Shown one piece after another: positions 23,301-30,886 of a stretch of 31,401 bases of DNA; within the stretch, counting starts at the first letter, position 1, and each line of letters starts with the position of its first letter. This DNA is from Amoebophrya sp. A120 (lineage: Eukaryota > Protista > Dinoflagellata). Where the stretch lies: assembly GCA_905178155.1 (NCBI GenBank), contig CAJINV010000037.1, forward strand, positions 75,754-107,154. Reading direction: 5' to 3'. The translations under genes were made by a program, and so were the position numbers. The notes under the pieces were generated by a model, which made no database searches, was not told where the DNA came from, and was given only the letters and a program-made list of their open reading frames with translations.

Positions 23301-23511
23301 AGGACGGGCTTAATCGTTTCAAATACTTCGCTATTTCCATAGCTATCCTCCCCTGCTCGCACCGCTCCACGAAAAGAGATTCGCCGGTGACCATTGTAGT
23401 AGCAGCCTGGGATTGTTGCGCCAAAGCAGACTTGTAAAAGTGCTCGCGTCCTCCGGCTGCGAGGAGTGCTGCGAAGCCGGTGGCTATTACTTGTTTCCCT
23501 AAAAACTTCAT
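1715..23511 (-). CDS. Giant multi-exon secreted/surface glycoprotein (about 4,500 aa): S/T/N-rich mucin-like regions, Cys-rich blocks, C-terminal Ca-binding EGF repeats. 3' end probably outside the window.
   Basis: Long minus-strand ORFs join in frame when the mapped inserts are removed. Putative start at 23511 (MKFLGKQVIATGFAALLAAGG, signal-peptide-like). Very many N-x-S/T sequons. cbEGF starts DIDEC, EINEC, EINDC, NIDDC and DVDDC. Confidence 0.85.
2327..2583. mobile_element. Introner family A, copy A1 (257 bp), non-canonical intron
   Basis: TIRs TATGCAATGCAGATGTGTCTGGGTCTAGAAA / TTTCCAGACCCAAACACATTTGCGATGCATA. Flanks TTCAC/TCCAC (4 of 5 match). Removing 262 nt restores the frame. Confidence 0.85.
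2589..2832 (-). CDS. Giant gene exon, EGF repeats
   Basis: TTLIYQCECDEGYQ...YCQDVDDCLVPGADGNPCSQFNKMDNKCTDAFRNHTCSCD. Confidence 0.85.
2833..3276 (-). other. Canonical GT-AG intron (444 nt) with internal inverted repeats
   Basis: Minus strand AAT CG|GTACAT...AAACAG|G ACC gives in-frame NCSWNRTTLIYQCEC, which completes an EGF repeat. Confidence 0.8.
3277..4890 (-). CDS. Giant gene exon with several Ca-binding EGF domains
   Basis: Open frame CGLGFQ...CEEINDC...CYNIDDCADMPCG...CVDIDEC...SCHNTYGSYYCICAPGY...CMEINECD. Confidence 0.9.
5033..5088 (+). repeat. (GGGACCGGGGT)n 11-mer, about 5 copies
   Basis: Seen directly in the sequence. Confidence 0.8.
5600..5845 (+). repeat. (GGGGCAGGGGT)n perfect 11-bp minisatellite, about 22 copies, running into the gap; G-quadruplex-prone
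   Basis: Seen directly. G4 tracts are separated by 1-2 nt loops. Confidence 0.95.
5917..6657 (-). CDS. Giant gene exon
   Basis: KTPFNNPFGIVYPNGTATS...DVCCTLF...TCADDPCK...NECTDDNWELTYTC. Confidence 0.85.
6658..6936. mobile_element. Introner family B, copy B1 (279 bp)
   Basis: TIR TATCCTGTGTAAAAACGTCCCCAC / GTGGGGACGTTTTCACATAGGATA. Perfect TSD TTTTC. Removing 284 nt gives STCMVK|TPFNNPF. Confidence 0.92.
6942..7023 (-). CDS. Giant gene, 82-nt exon
   Basis: EFSSIRPSYYEITDLLFSRCQRSTCMV, in frame on both sides. Confidence 0.8.
7024..7284. mobile_element. Introner A2 (261 bp)
   Basis: TIR TATCAAATGTAAAAATGTCTGGGTCTGGAAGGATGCAA and its complement. TSD TTCCA. Removing 266 nt gives FQNVE|FSSIR. 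Confidence 0.92.
7290..9319 (-). CDS. Giant gene exon (S/G/T/N-rich)
   Basis: 667-aa ORF extended upstream by IQDTCCSDYFYHY. Confidence 0.9.
9320..9658. mobile_element. Introner family C, copy C1 (339 bp)
   Basis: TIR core AAAAATCCCCCCTCCCCATA / TATGGGGAGGGGGGATTTTT. TSD TATTT. Removing 344 nt gives SSTNI|QDTCC. Confidence 0.92.
9664..12156 (-). CDS. Giant gene exon
   Basis: 824-aa ORF extended upstream by AGAGGDSASQSPAPGTGG. Confidence 0.9.
12157..12477. mobile_element. Introner C2 (321 bp)
   Basis: Same TIR family as C1. TSD CCGCA. Removing 326 nt gives DTTA|GAGGDS. Confidence 0.92.
12483..14369 (-). CDS. Giant gene exon
   Basis: 662-aa ORF extended upstream by DQNIETFTTQYTTKR. Confidence 0.9.
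14370..14647. mobile_element. Introner B2 (278 bp)
   Basis: CATCCTGAGTAAAAACGTCCCC / GGGGACGTTTTTCCTCACGATA. TSD GGTCG/GGTCC, and the mismatch is synonymous. Removing 283 nt restores the frame. Confidence 0.9.
14653..14710 (-). CDS. Giant gene, 58-nt exon
   Basis: NTLDIDTNNETITNALNTSL, in frame on both sides. Confidence 0.78.
14711..14972. mobile_element. Introner A3 (262 bp), opposite orientation to A2
   Basis: TIR family A. TSD GGTGT. Its right arm is the reverse complement of the A2 left arm. Confidence 0.92.
14978..15160 (-). CDS. Giant gene exon (183 nt)
   Basis: KRRQNANVTSVDGAATISHPLL...ENTMHN. Confidence 0.8.
15161..15414. mobile_element. Introner A4 (254 bp)
   Basis: TIR family A. 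TSD TTTCA. Removing 259 nt gives QALK|RRQN. Confidence 0.92.
15420..15812 (-). CDS. Giant gene exon
   Basis: GSGTTTNSAGATSTSQAQQQLQTALKIDSSEANSLRIHKATYG...WEDLAQAL. Confidence 0.82.
15926..16030 (+). repeat. AGTCACAACACTAAGCTGT x3 upstream of the nested ORF
   Basis: Copies at 15926, 15961 (1 mismatch) and 16012, plus partial TAAGCTGT copies. Confidence 0.8.
16055..16945 (+). CDS. Intronless nested antisense ORF (296 aa, first ATG 16103); divergent SET-domain-like protein, possibly 5'-truncated
   Basis: Non-repetitive ORF. YYLD...YGNVVNMCNH...CQPDN and FVVRRPIEVLEPIEIPY match the spacing of the SET motifs GNxxRFINHSCxPN and AxRDIxxGEELxxDY. Match is by eye only. Confidence 0.5.
   Translation: MYCITWKGTQLLSGLQMMQARKYPGRFFLLFRIPEEQDEPLRVVDNMQTVKPNSEKGYDAAKVRKLVTPNVREEADKAQELYDDMMKPHLAIDFEQFFTLWDKTNKAARFLEYIQGRGNTQLENSLISSGGGSGDTGNALLRGFPQFEKGMYYLDQWTQEAFQLYGNVVNMCNHLMHKVTGGALVPLPGQGGNGGWCKKKEMTPEQGCQPDNLAEEIFGPIPEAKSAADIFEETKNGKDVTVRVKPLFVVRRPIEVLEPIEIPYVIARKNPTYTGDRCGVAISRGKADKYFHLPEK
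17005..17055 (-). CDS. Possible micro-exon (repeat unit) of the giant gene
   Basis: In-frame TGSGTTTNSAGATSGS. It could be skipped without a frameshift. Confidence 0.4.
17059..17906. mobile_element. TIR element family E (848 bp), non-autonomous
   Basis: About 45-bp imperfect TIR (CGTTAGCATGAGAAGTGGTGAATTTGTAGTGAATTT versus the complement near 17856-17891). No clean 5-bp TSD. CTGTTG is repeated 858 nt apart, which preserves the frame. Confidence 0.72.
17914..17967 (-). CDS. Possible micro-exon (repeat unit) of the giant gene
   Basis: In-frame ATSTGSGTTTNSAGATTT after removing element D. Confidence 0.5.
17968..19003. mobile_element. TIR element family D (1036 bp), introner-like
   Basis: TATCAAAGGAGCAAGTGAATCAC / GTGATTCATTTACCCCTGTGATA. 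TSD GGCAC. Removing 1041 nt keeps the frame. Internal TGGAGGTGTAATCACTT repeats at about 18323 and 18641, inverted at about 18539. Confidence 0.85.
19009..19712 (-). CDS. Giant gene exon with (NETNVTEY)n sequon repeats and a basic stretch
   Basis: NETNVTEYYNETNVTEYNETSNVTEY...KRQVRQIRRRKKIVVKK...IIRELSTGSG. Confidence 0.88.
19713..20035. mobile_element. Introner C3 (323 bp), inverted relative to C1 and C2
   Basis: TIR family C. TSD CGTTG. Removing 328 nt gives NETEFN|ETNVTEY. Confidence 0.92.
20041..20090 (-). CDS. Giant gene, 50-nt exon
   Basis: SENVTNFTNVTVNETEF continues the sequon repeat. Confidence 0.82.
20091..20369. mobile_element. Introner B3 (279 bp)
   Basis: TATCCTAAGTAAGAACGCACCCACGCCAGAGT / ACTCTGGTGTGGGTACGTTTTTACTCAGGATA. 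TSD TCAGA. Removing 284 nt gives YFES|ENVT. Confidence 0.92.
20375..22011 (-). CDS. Giant gene exon
   Basis: 569-aa S/T/N-rich ORF. Confidence 0.9.
22012..22743. mobile_element. Introner A5 (732 bp = 262-bp A element plus 470-bp nested insertion)
   Basis: TIR family A. TSD ACTCT. Removing 737 nt gives LEQES|VKDVL. Confidence 0.92.
22071..22524 (-). mobile_element. Probable 5'-truncated non-LTR retroelement or SINE nested in A5
   Basis: Perfect 16-bp TSD ATTGCTAATTGTGGAT (22055-22070 and 22525-22540). (TTCAA)-type short tandem tail at the minus-strand 3' end. No TIR. Confidence 0.75.
22749..23511 (-). CDS. Giant gene, probable first exon (signal-peptide-like start)
   Basis: MKFLGKQVIATGFAALLAAGG... 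In-frame ATGs also exist upstream, so the start is uncertain. Confidence 0.75.
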
Positions 23512-24133
23512 TTTTCTCCTTCTCCTCGGTTTGTGAAACATTTTCCAGGTCGCGTCCGCCCCTCGGGCTCCAGGATCTTCTGGTCGTGTGCAGCTGCCTT
23601 CTTGTGGTTGCCGCATCTTCGTGCAAGATGTGCTGGCGTGTCCCCTACTTGATGTCTTCTTCATTCCGTCTTATATCTCGTCGAGTGTCCGTGGTTCTCC
23701 CTCCATCTCTTTACCCACCGACACCGCTTGCGTTCCTTACTTTGAAAAAAAATTCTGGCACAACCAAAAACAAGTATTCATTCCGGAAAAGAAAAGAAGG
23801 GCAAGTCGTAGTTCGTCTCTTGCCGTAAGAACTACTTCTAGAACGCAGTAGTAGACGTAGTAGCAGCGCTACTTTAGAAGTACTTACGATTCATTTTTCA
23901 AGACCGCCTTGGTAACAAACTTTGTGTACAGGAGTTTGATGATCATATGGTTATGGATTGCACTTCAGCACTGGTTCATTCATTTAAGAAGATGTCTTGG
24001 TGAAACTGTTTTTTTTCTGACCACAGTTCGTCGGATTGCGGTCTACTTCTTGAAAAAAAAGCAACGACAAGAGGAAGCGCAAGCACGTCCGAGGGACAAG
24101 GACGGCTCAAACGAGACGGAATGGAGTTGGCTG

Positions 24134-24282
24134 TATCCTGTGCAAAAGTACCGCACTCGTAGTAATTGCAGTCATGCATTACAAATTTTTTTCTTAAGGT
24201 AAATCCGCATTACAAATTTTATTTCTCATGCTGGGGAAATTTGTAATGCATTTATACGAGTACGATACTTTCGCAGTTCATA
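24134..24282. mobile_element. Short TIR element family F (149 bp)
   Basis: TATCCTGTGCAAAAGTACCGCACTCGTA / TACGAGTACGATACTTTCGCAGTTCATA. Flanks GGCTG/GTCTG. Inner IR ATGCATTACAAATTT. Confidence 0.75.
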
Positions 24283-25041
24283 GTCTGGAGACGAAGACAT
24301 TGATTATTTTCTGTTCGAAATAAACTTTCTAAGAGAAGTAGAAGACGACGAGAGAACTAGAAGAGGACTTTCTATATTTCGCAGCGTAATCATCCTTGCA
24401 GCAGGAGCTCCAAAGCGGAATGAGAATGAAAAAAACTTCCACTAGAAAAATGACCTGCTAGCTGTACCGAGATCTGAGAAACGGAAGAACTTTGCTGAAA
24501 CAAGCCAGAACGTCGTAAAGAGGAACTTTCTTTTGGACACACAACAAAGAAAAGCTACGAACAAGTTGTACAAGGCAGACACTATTACAGGTGTCGAGAT
24601 CTTCTCTGTGGACACAAACGAAGAATTCAGACGAATGATCTTTACCTGTGACGAGGATGTTTTAGTTTACAAGACTGAATGTAGAAACCTACACCGCAAG
24701 AAAGATAAAACCTCAACAACACCTGCGAACCAAAAAACCAAGCCGAACAGCGAGTCCTAGCATCTACAGTGTGATGTCTGCCGCAACGTCGCAATTCTGG
24801 CATAATTTCAACTGCATTTTCACGCGTCTAGAAATCAGTAGCTTTTCAACAAGAAACACGCGTCTTGGAGGTGAAGACCGTTTTTTTTGTCTGAAAATCT
24901 CAGGCGCATCAAGTTGACGCGCGAGGCATAGCGATAACGTCCGAGATTATGTACAACAACTATCCATCATTTCACCGTGATGAGTGCCACCCGCCGTTCC
25001 AAATTTGGTATGCCCTCGTCTAACAGCTTCCGGAGGTCCTG

Positions 25042-25271
25042 CATCGTACGAAAAACGTGTTTCACTGGAACGATTTAATTTTGCGAGTTTTGCATTACAG
25101 ACTTGCTCCAGTACATTAGCAGTAGCACTACAAAGGAACAAATTTGTCATCAGAAAGCAAAACCAACAAATCGATTGTTTTGCAAGTGTAGCAAGCCAAA
25201 CACTTCTGCGACTGCGAATCATGCATTCTCTGCATTACAAGTTTACAGTGAAACATCATTTCCTTCCGATA
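25042..25271. mobile_element. TIR element family G (230 bp)
   Basis: CATCGTACGAAAAACGTGTTTCACTG / CAGTGAAACATCATTTCCTTCCGATA. Perfect TSD TCCTG. Confidence 0.78.
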
Positions 25272-25334
25272 TCCTGCTTTCCCTCCACCAGCAGCTTCCA
25301 TGCAGAGGAGCCCGTGTCATAAACCGCTTGGAGA

Positions 25335-25646
25335 AATCATGTGCAAACACGTACCCAACCGAGAGTTGTCATGCAGATCTTGCATGTTGTGGTTCTGCAG
25401 GTGGTCTCTAAGTGTAATGCGCCTTCCCATGAGACCTCGCATCTGGTACTCCTTTGTTGCAAAAATTTGTCATGCTCAAATCAGGATGATTAACATGATT
25501 CGTGATGAGGGAGCACTAGCCAAGCATCGCACTCTACTACAGATCTGAGTTTCCCATGCGGAACTGTAGTGGAAACCGATTGACTTCTGCACAGGAATCA
25601 CACTGTGATTACGGTCGTGTGGGTAAGTACGCTTTTGCACAGGATA
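25335..25646. mobile_element. Diverged B-like element B4 (312 bp)
   Basis: Left end resembles B1 (AATCATGTGCAAACACGTACCCAACCGAGAGTTGTCATGCA). Right end ...TTTTGCACAGGATA. Flanks GGAGA/GGGGA. Confidence 0.7.
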
Positions 25647-25809
25647 GGGGAAGCTTGCTGCCAGTGCCTGGTCATAAGAGTCGTGTGGTTCTTCAGGCCA
25701 GAAAAACAGAGCCATAGAAAACATGCACGTCGGGAGGCTGCATAAGAGCGCAGTATTCCAAGAAAAGCTCGCAGCTCTTGGCCATTTAGCCAAGGGAATG
25801 ATGTATGAA

Positions 25810-25842
<33 letters not shown>
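25810..25842. repeat. (GAT)11 microsatellite
   Basis: Seen directly in the sequence. Confidence 0.9.
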
Positions 25843-25844
<2 letters not shown>

Positions 25845-26457
25845 CGACCTACTACACTAATTCAGGTTTTATCTGATGAAAACAACCACGAAGCAAAATC
25901 ACAATAACGCTAATACCATCCTCCTCCGCTTTAATCTGTTCCTTCAAGTGCATGTATGAGAGTACACAACCCCTTCTCCTCCGCCGTTGAAGGGCATTAA
26001 CTGGCGTGATAAACCTATCTGCCGCAGCTGCATGACAAATCCGCATGACACGGCTTCTCCCTTCAGTTTGCTGGGGTTTCCTCGAAACTTGTCATGCGAA
26101 AAGCAAAAGTGCTTGTTCAAGGAAAAAGAAAATTACAAGATTTTGAATTGATTTTGCATGACAAGAAACGTGGTGGAAGTAGAGTTGTGCAAGGTCATAG
26201 CATCGAAAAGGCCCGGGCTTTTTCCTCTGCCGTTTCCAACTCTGCTTTCGTTTCCTTCAGCATGTCTTGCAAATTATGCACCTCCTTGCCCTATGCACTG
26301 CAAAAGCGTGATCGCATCCGCACTCGCAAAATGGCATGACAAATTTTGGTTCCAAAAACAAACATAGTAGAGTTGCTCATCATGCAGATAATTCACGTCA
26401 AAAGAACTGAGTCTTGTTCATGCGATTATATAATATTTTGCGACAGTCAATACGCGA

Positions 26458-26823
26458 CTACGATACTTTTTCCCGGCATATCCCCAATTTCCTCCCGTTG
26501 CTCCGCGCGATCCTGCCAAAACCCCGGGATTTTTTCTTCTGGTTACTGAGACCGCTGGTCAGCAATTCTTTTGTCAGCGACTCGATCTTCTGCAGTTGCG
26601 CGTAGAGGGAGGAGGTGCCGACTTTGAGCTGTCTCGCGTGCTCCTGGTCTTCGGATAGCACGTCGAAGTTGGTCCGGATAAGCTTGGTGCCGTGATGGTG
26701 AAGAGGGTGGTGATGTAGCGGGGGGGATGTACTGCTTGTAGCTGAACCTGTAGTGCAGTTTCCGCATGAGAAGTAGCTGTTCTTCCGTTGGAAAATCTCG
26801 TCGAAGAGAGCGTGGTACCTCAT
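26458..26823 (-). CDS. Possible first exon of an unidentified gene
   Basis: ATG-initiated 121-aa ORF with protein-like composition (His-rich patch, helical QLQKIESLTKELL). No family recognised. Confidence 0.35.
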   Translation of the reverse strand: MRYHALFDEIFQRKNSYFSCGNCTTGSATSSTSPPLHHHPLHHHGTKLIRTNFDVLSEDQEHARQLKVGTSSLYAQLQKIESLTKELLTSGLSNQKKKSRGFGRIARSNGRKLGICREKVS

Positions 26824-28080
26824 CTTTGATGTTTCTTCAAGTAGTCACTTATTTTCTACCGGCTGCTCTTGCGCTTTTGGTTATTACACGTGGGGATCGA
26901 AAAAACAAATTGAAGTTTGTTGTGTGACGAAAAGCGCAACCGCCACAACAGATACAAAGTGTGCAACTTCGTTCCTTTTGATACTTCTGGCGCTAATCTA
27001 CTTCATCATGATCTCGCTATTCCATAAGGAAAACGAGTCCAGTTCACGATAACGAGCCACGCAAACGTTTTGTGCAACGATTGGTTGCTTAGGTTACCGA
27101 TAACGATAAAAACGAGCAAGTCAATCACTAATAAAGCATCTGCTCTCCACAATCACGACAAACGAAAAGCAGCTGGTCATGTAACGATCATTATGATATG
27201 GCGATAATCATCTCTACGACAATGAAAGCGATAGCACGACAGATGTTGTAAATTGTTCGTGAGGGTGGTCGTAGTTACATTTCTCACGGGAAGGAACTAT
27301 CTTTGCCGGTTCTTGCAACGTGTCCGTGTCGGTAGCTGCTGCATTACCTTTTTCGCTTTTAATATGTTCAGTCTGTTTGTCCTCTTCACAATATCTATGG
27401 TGGATGGTGCTGGTACGGAGATCATGTGACGTGTGGAGCTTGTTCTTCGAGCTGCTTGAAATTCAGCACGATTACATGCAGTACCAATACATTTTCATCA
27501 TCTGACATTAGCAATAAAAAGTATCTATTGTCACCTACTTACTTTCCCAACACAAGAAAAAAGCTTCGTCCCGCTCATCTTGGATAATGTTGACACAGAA
27601 TTCTCGTCTAGTACTTCCAACGCCAACGGCAATGCAGCGCATTATATGCCGCGCAACTAGAAAAGATGGTCGAGGCAAAATTTGATTGTGCGGCTGGCTC
27701 GGAGTGCCAGGTTGCACAATGTTCGATAAACGAAAATGTGTTGCGAACGTATGATGAATAATTCTTAAAGTGTAGTTTCTTACCTACGAACCTCCCTGGT
27801 TGTAGACTTGTTGAAGACTGACTTGCCCTACGTTCCTTCTGGCTGATTACTTGATATTTGCACAAAATTCTATTTGCAGAATTGCTATTGAGGATGACGT
27901 GACTTCTACACGGAGAAAAGACTCGGTTTTCCTACCTACAACTTCATTGAAGCAAAGGCAATAAAGGGATTGCTCTTGTAGCTGATGTCATGTTTGAGGA
28001 ACAGCAGGTACAAAATTTCGCAAAGGCCGTCGGTCGTGCATGATAGCACGACGGCTCCACGAGGCTACGCGTGGAGTACA

Positions 28081-29091
28081 CTATTTCTGCCGTCCGCGGA
28101 ACCCGAGCATGGTTTTGTTGTCACTCCGCTTGATCGCATGCACGACGTGCTTCAGCGAGATCGTCGACTTTCCCGCGTGCTCGGCGAAGGCGACCATGTA
28201 CTTGGTAATATCCTGCAACCACAGCTGGAACAGATCGCGGATCTCTGGGATGACCTTCCGAGACAGACGGTTGATGCCGCCCCGCCGCGCCAACCGCCGG
28301 ATCGCCACCGGTTTCAAATCCGACATCTGGTCGACCAACTGCTGCTTCGGATACTGGGCCAAAAACTCGGTGCGGGTCAGGTACCGTTGTTCTGGTATCA
28401 ACTGCAAAAATGTCTGGGTCTGGAAACTTGTGATGCTGGGTGGCGTCTCATGATGAGGCTCCAAATGCTGGCTCAGCATGACAAGTTTCTGAGCTCCTCG
28501 GTGTTGCCTATTTCGCATGACAAACTGCGCTTCTGCATCACAGAAAAACGGAGCCCTTGGGTAACGTGCATGACAGATTTAACAGTCATGCCAGGCAAGC
28601 ATGACAAACACGAATTCTTCCAGACCCAGACACTTTTACATTTGATATCTGGCATCATGGTACAACTACTGCTTCCACCCGGGAATTGTTCTGGTAGATG
28701 AACCGGAGTCATGCTCGCCAGTTTCTCCTATCAAATGCAAAAATGTCTGGGTCTGGAACATTCTGAGACTTGTCATGCATGTTTTGCATGACCCAGGATG
28801 TCTGTAATGCACGACCTAGCGTCACAGATTTTTCCTGATGCCTACTCCGCATGACAAACGCCCTCCCCGCGTAGCACAAACTAGACTCCTCTTGCTGGTC
28901 ATGCAATACAGCTTTTTTTAGAGACCAAAATTAGCATCACAAGTTCAAATTCTTCCAGACCCAGACGTTTCTGCATTTGATATCTCCATATCGCTCACAA
29001 TCGCCTGGGAATCGGACTGCAGCTGTTGCTGTAACTGAAATTTTCCGTTGGTTTTGTTAACCAAAGAACCGGCCTTCTTGGAGCGGGCCAT
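28081..29091 (-). CDS. H4: Divergent histone H4-like protein, 164 aa, 3 exons (29091-28988, 28728-28653, 28395-28081)
   Basis: KPVAIRRLARRGGINRLS...EIRDLFQLWLQDITKYMVAFAEHAGKSTISLKHVVHAIKR...TMLGF aligns to canonical H4 KPAIRRLARRGGVKRIS...[20 protein letters not shown]...TLYGF. Both introners excise in frame back to ATG 29091, which has an in-frame stop upstream. Confidence 0.88.
28396..28647. mobile_element. Introner A6 (252 bp) in the H4-like gene
   Basis: TIR family A. TSD TCTGG. Removing 257 nt gives TMMPE|QRYL. Confidence 0.92.
28729..28982. mobile_element. Introner A7 (254 bp) in the H4-like gene
   Basis: TIR family A. TSD TCTCC. Removing 259 nt gives SDME|KLAS. Confidence 0.92.
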
Positions 29092-30341
29092 CTTGGTTGA
29101 ACGCGATCTTGTTCCGGGTGGACAACGAAATGATTCTTGTACGTAGTTCTTTTCAGAAAGTACGAAGGGACAGGTGGCGAAAATTTTTCCGGGAAGATTG
29201 ATCCTCTAGTAAGCATTTAAGCCATTTCATTTTCAAGAAGTAGAGTCACAGTTGCAATTGAGTTGCAATTTTCATGCCAACCCTCTCTCGCTTTTCCAGT
29301 CTCTCTGTTTGAAGTGTAGTAACGGCCCGAGCATAAACTACCCTGCCTACCGAAATACAGCCTGAAACTCTTCAGAAGTTTTGACGTTGGCTCCCTCTGC
29401 AGCTTCTGCTTTGCTCCTTTGCCGTTCTCGTCGGGACGAATGTTGTACGAAGCACCCTAGCATAGCAGTAGAACAAGAGAAAAGACTTTGTGAGAACAAC
29501 ACGCCGCAGGGTGGAAAAGTCGAACCACAGGGAGAAAACTGTAGCAGGCTAGTGTTGTACGGAAGTGGCAAATTTTTCGGCGAGACGAAGGTAATCTCTA
29601 ATTTGGTGTACACTTCCACAGTGGAATTGTTCTGTTCGTGTTGTCGTTTAATTTTCTATCTGCCCCTCCTCGGAAACAGGATGGATTCGATATTTATACA
29701 GGTCGTTATTTTCAAATTGTCTTACTGCTAGAGGACTCTCATAATTTTGTACAGATTGGATCTTTTCGCCATATGAAAAGTCACGTGCTAATCTCAAACT
29801 TTGCGAAGCGATATTCGGCAAACAAGAACCTTTCGCTTCTCGTCAGTAGTAGCTACATGAAGATGATGATTCTGCTACTAGGACCAACTCGTGGAGATGT
29901 TGCGACGTTTTACATACATACGTTACGGCTGATAAAATCGGCACAGGTTCGAAACACTGTTGAAATTCTGGTGGTTGTGAATAATCGAAAACAAACTTCT
30001 TGCAAGAAACAAAAATCGTAAATTCTGGTTTGGTACATTCGATTCTGGTTGTTCAAAACTCAACTTCTTGGATACTTGTAGTCGTACTGTAGTAAGTTGT
30101 AGCGAAGTCGTTGTCAATTTTCAAATTTAATTTTGTACGCATGATGCCATCAAGCGCTCTATAATTTCTTGTTAATTTCAAATTATCATTCGAATCTGAT
30201 TTCTTGCTAGGTTCGTAACAGCAGCTGTCTGCACTCCTAAATCAAAACTTCATGAAGTTGCCAGGCAACTCATGAACTTGTCATGGTCAGATCGGCATGA
30301 CAACCTCTTGACCGAACCTCCACCTTACACCCCAGATCGCG

Positions 30342-30603
30342 TATGGATTGTAAAAGTGTCTGGGTCTGGAAGATTGCAACTTGTCATGCTGTTTTCGGAG
30401 CCTAAAAAACTTGTATTGCATGACCAGCAAGAGGGGTACAGTTTTTGCTACACGGACAGGGCATTTCTCATGCGGAAGGTACATCAGGAAGATTTCTAAA
30501 AATCTGTAATGCTAGGGCATACATCACAGACTATCATGGGTCATGAGAAATATGCATGACAAATCTTGCATTCTTCCAGACCCAGACATTTTTGCGTTTG
30601 ATA
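30342..30603. mobile_element. Family A copy A8 (262 bp); host gene not identified
   Basis: TIR family A. Perfect TSD TCGCG. Confidence 0.9.
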
Positions 30604-30886
30604 TCGCGGGTAGTCTGACGAAACCAGGCCTTCTGCAGTATCCACAGGAAAAATTCCTCTAAGGTCAAGCCAAACTTGTCATGCTGGTACCACACGATGG
30701 ACCGCTGCATTTGGGAAAAATCAAAAATTTCCTTTTAGTAAGAATCCGCATGACAAATCCATCGTGGAATTGTGAAAACGCATGACAAATTTGGCTAGAG
30801 AACTAGTAGATTCTCCGCACATATTCCTCCTGGTCGTAGTCCTCCTCCTCGTAGTACTCTTCTTCTTCAAGTGTGGATTTGAAACA

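Noticed and set aside
1715-23511. Many separate genes, or a transposon-riddled pseudogene
   Set aside because: Frame and peptide motifs continue across every testable junction, and about 4,500 codons have no internal stop.
24443-24445. Stop-codon reassignment, as known in one Amoebophrya lineage
   Set aside because: The giant gene and the H4-like gene have no in-frame TAA, TAG or TGA, which indicates the standard code.
26016-26390. Further TAT...ATA element
   Set aside because: Only a 7-bp end match (TATCTGC/GCAGATA) and no TSD. Motif-rich, but boundaries are unsupported.
27985-28701. 238-aa plus-strand ORF and other short antisense ORFs
   Set aside because: Antisense shadows of real exons, or translations of introner sequence.
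29220-29237. Relic dinoflagellate spliced leader (AGCCATTT...TCAAG)
   Set aside because: Partial match only, and on the opposite strand to the adjacent H4-like gene.
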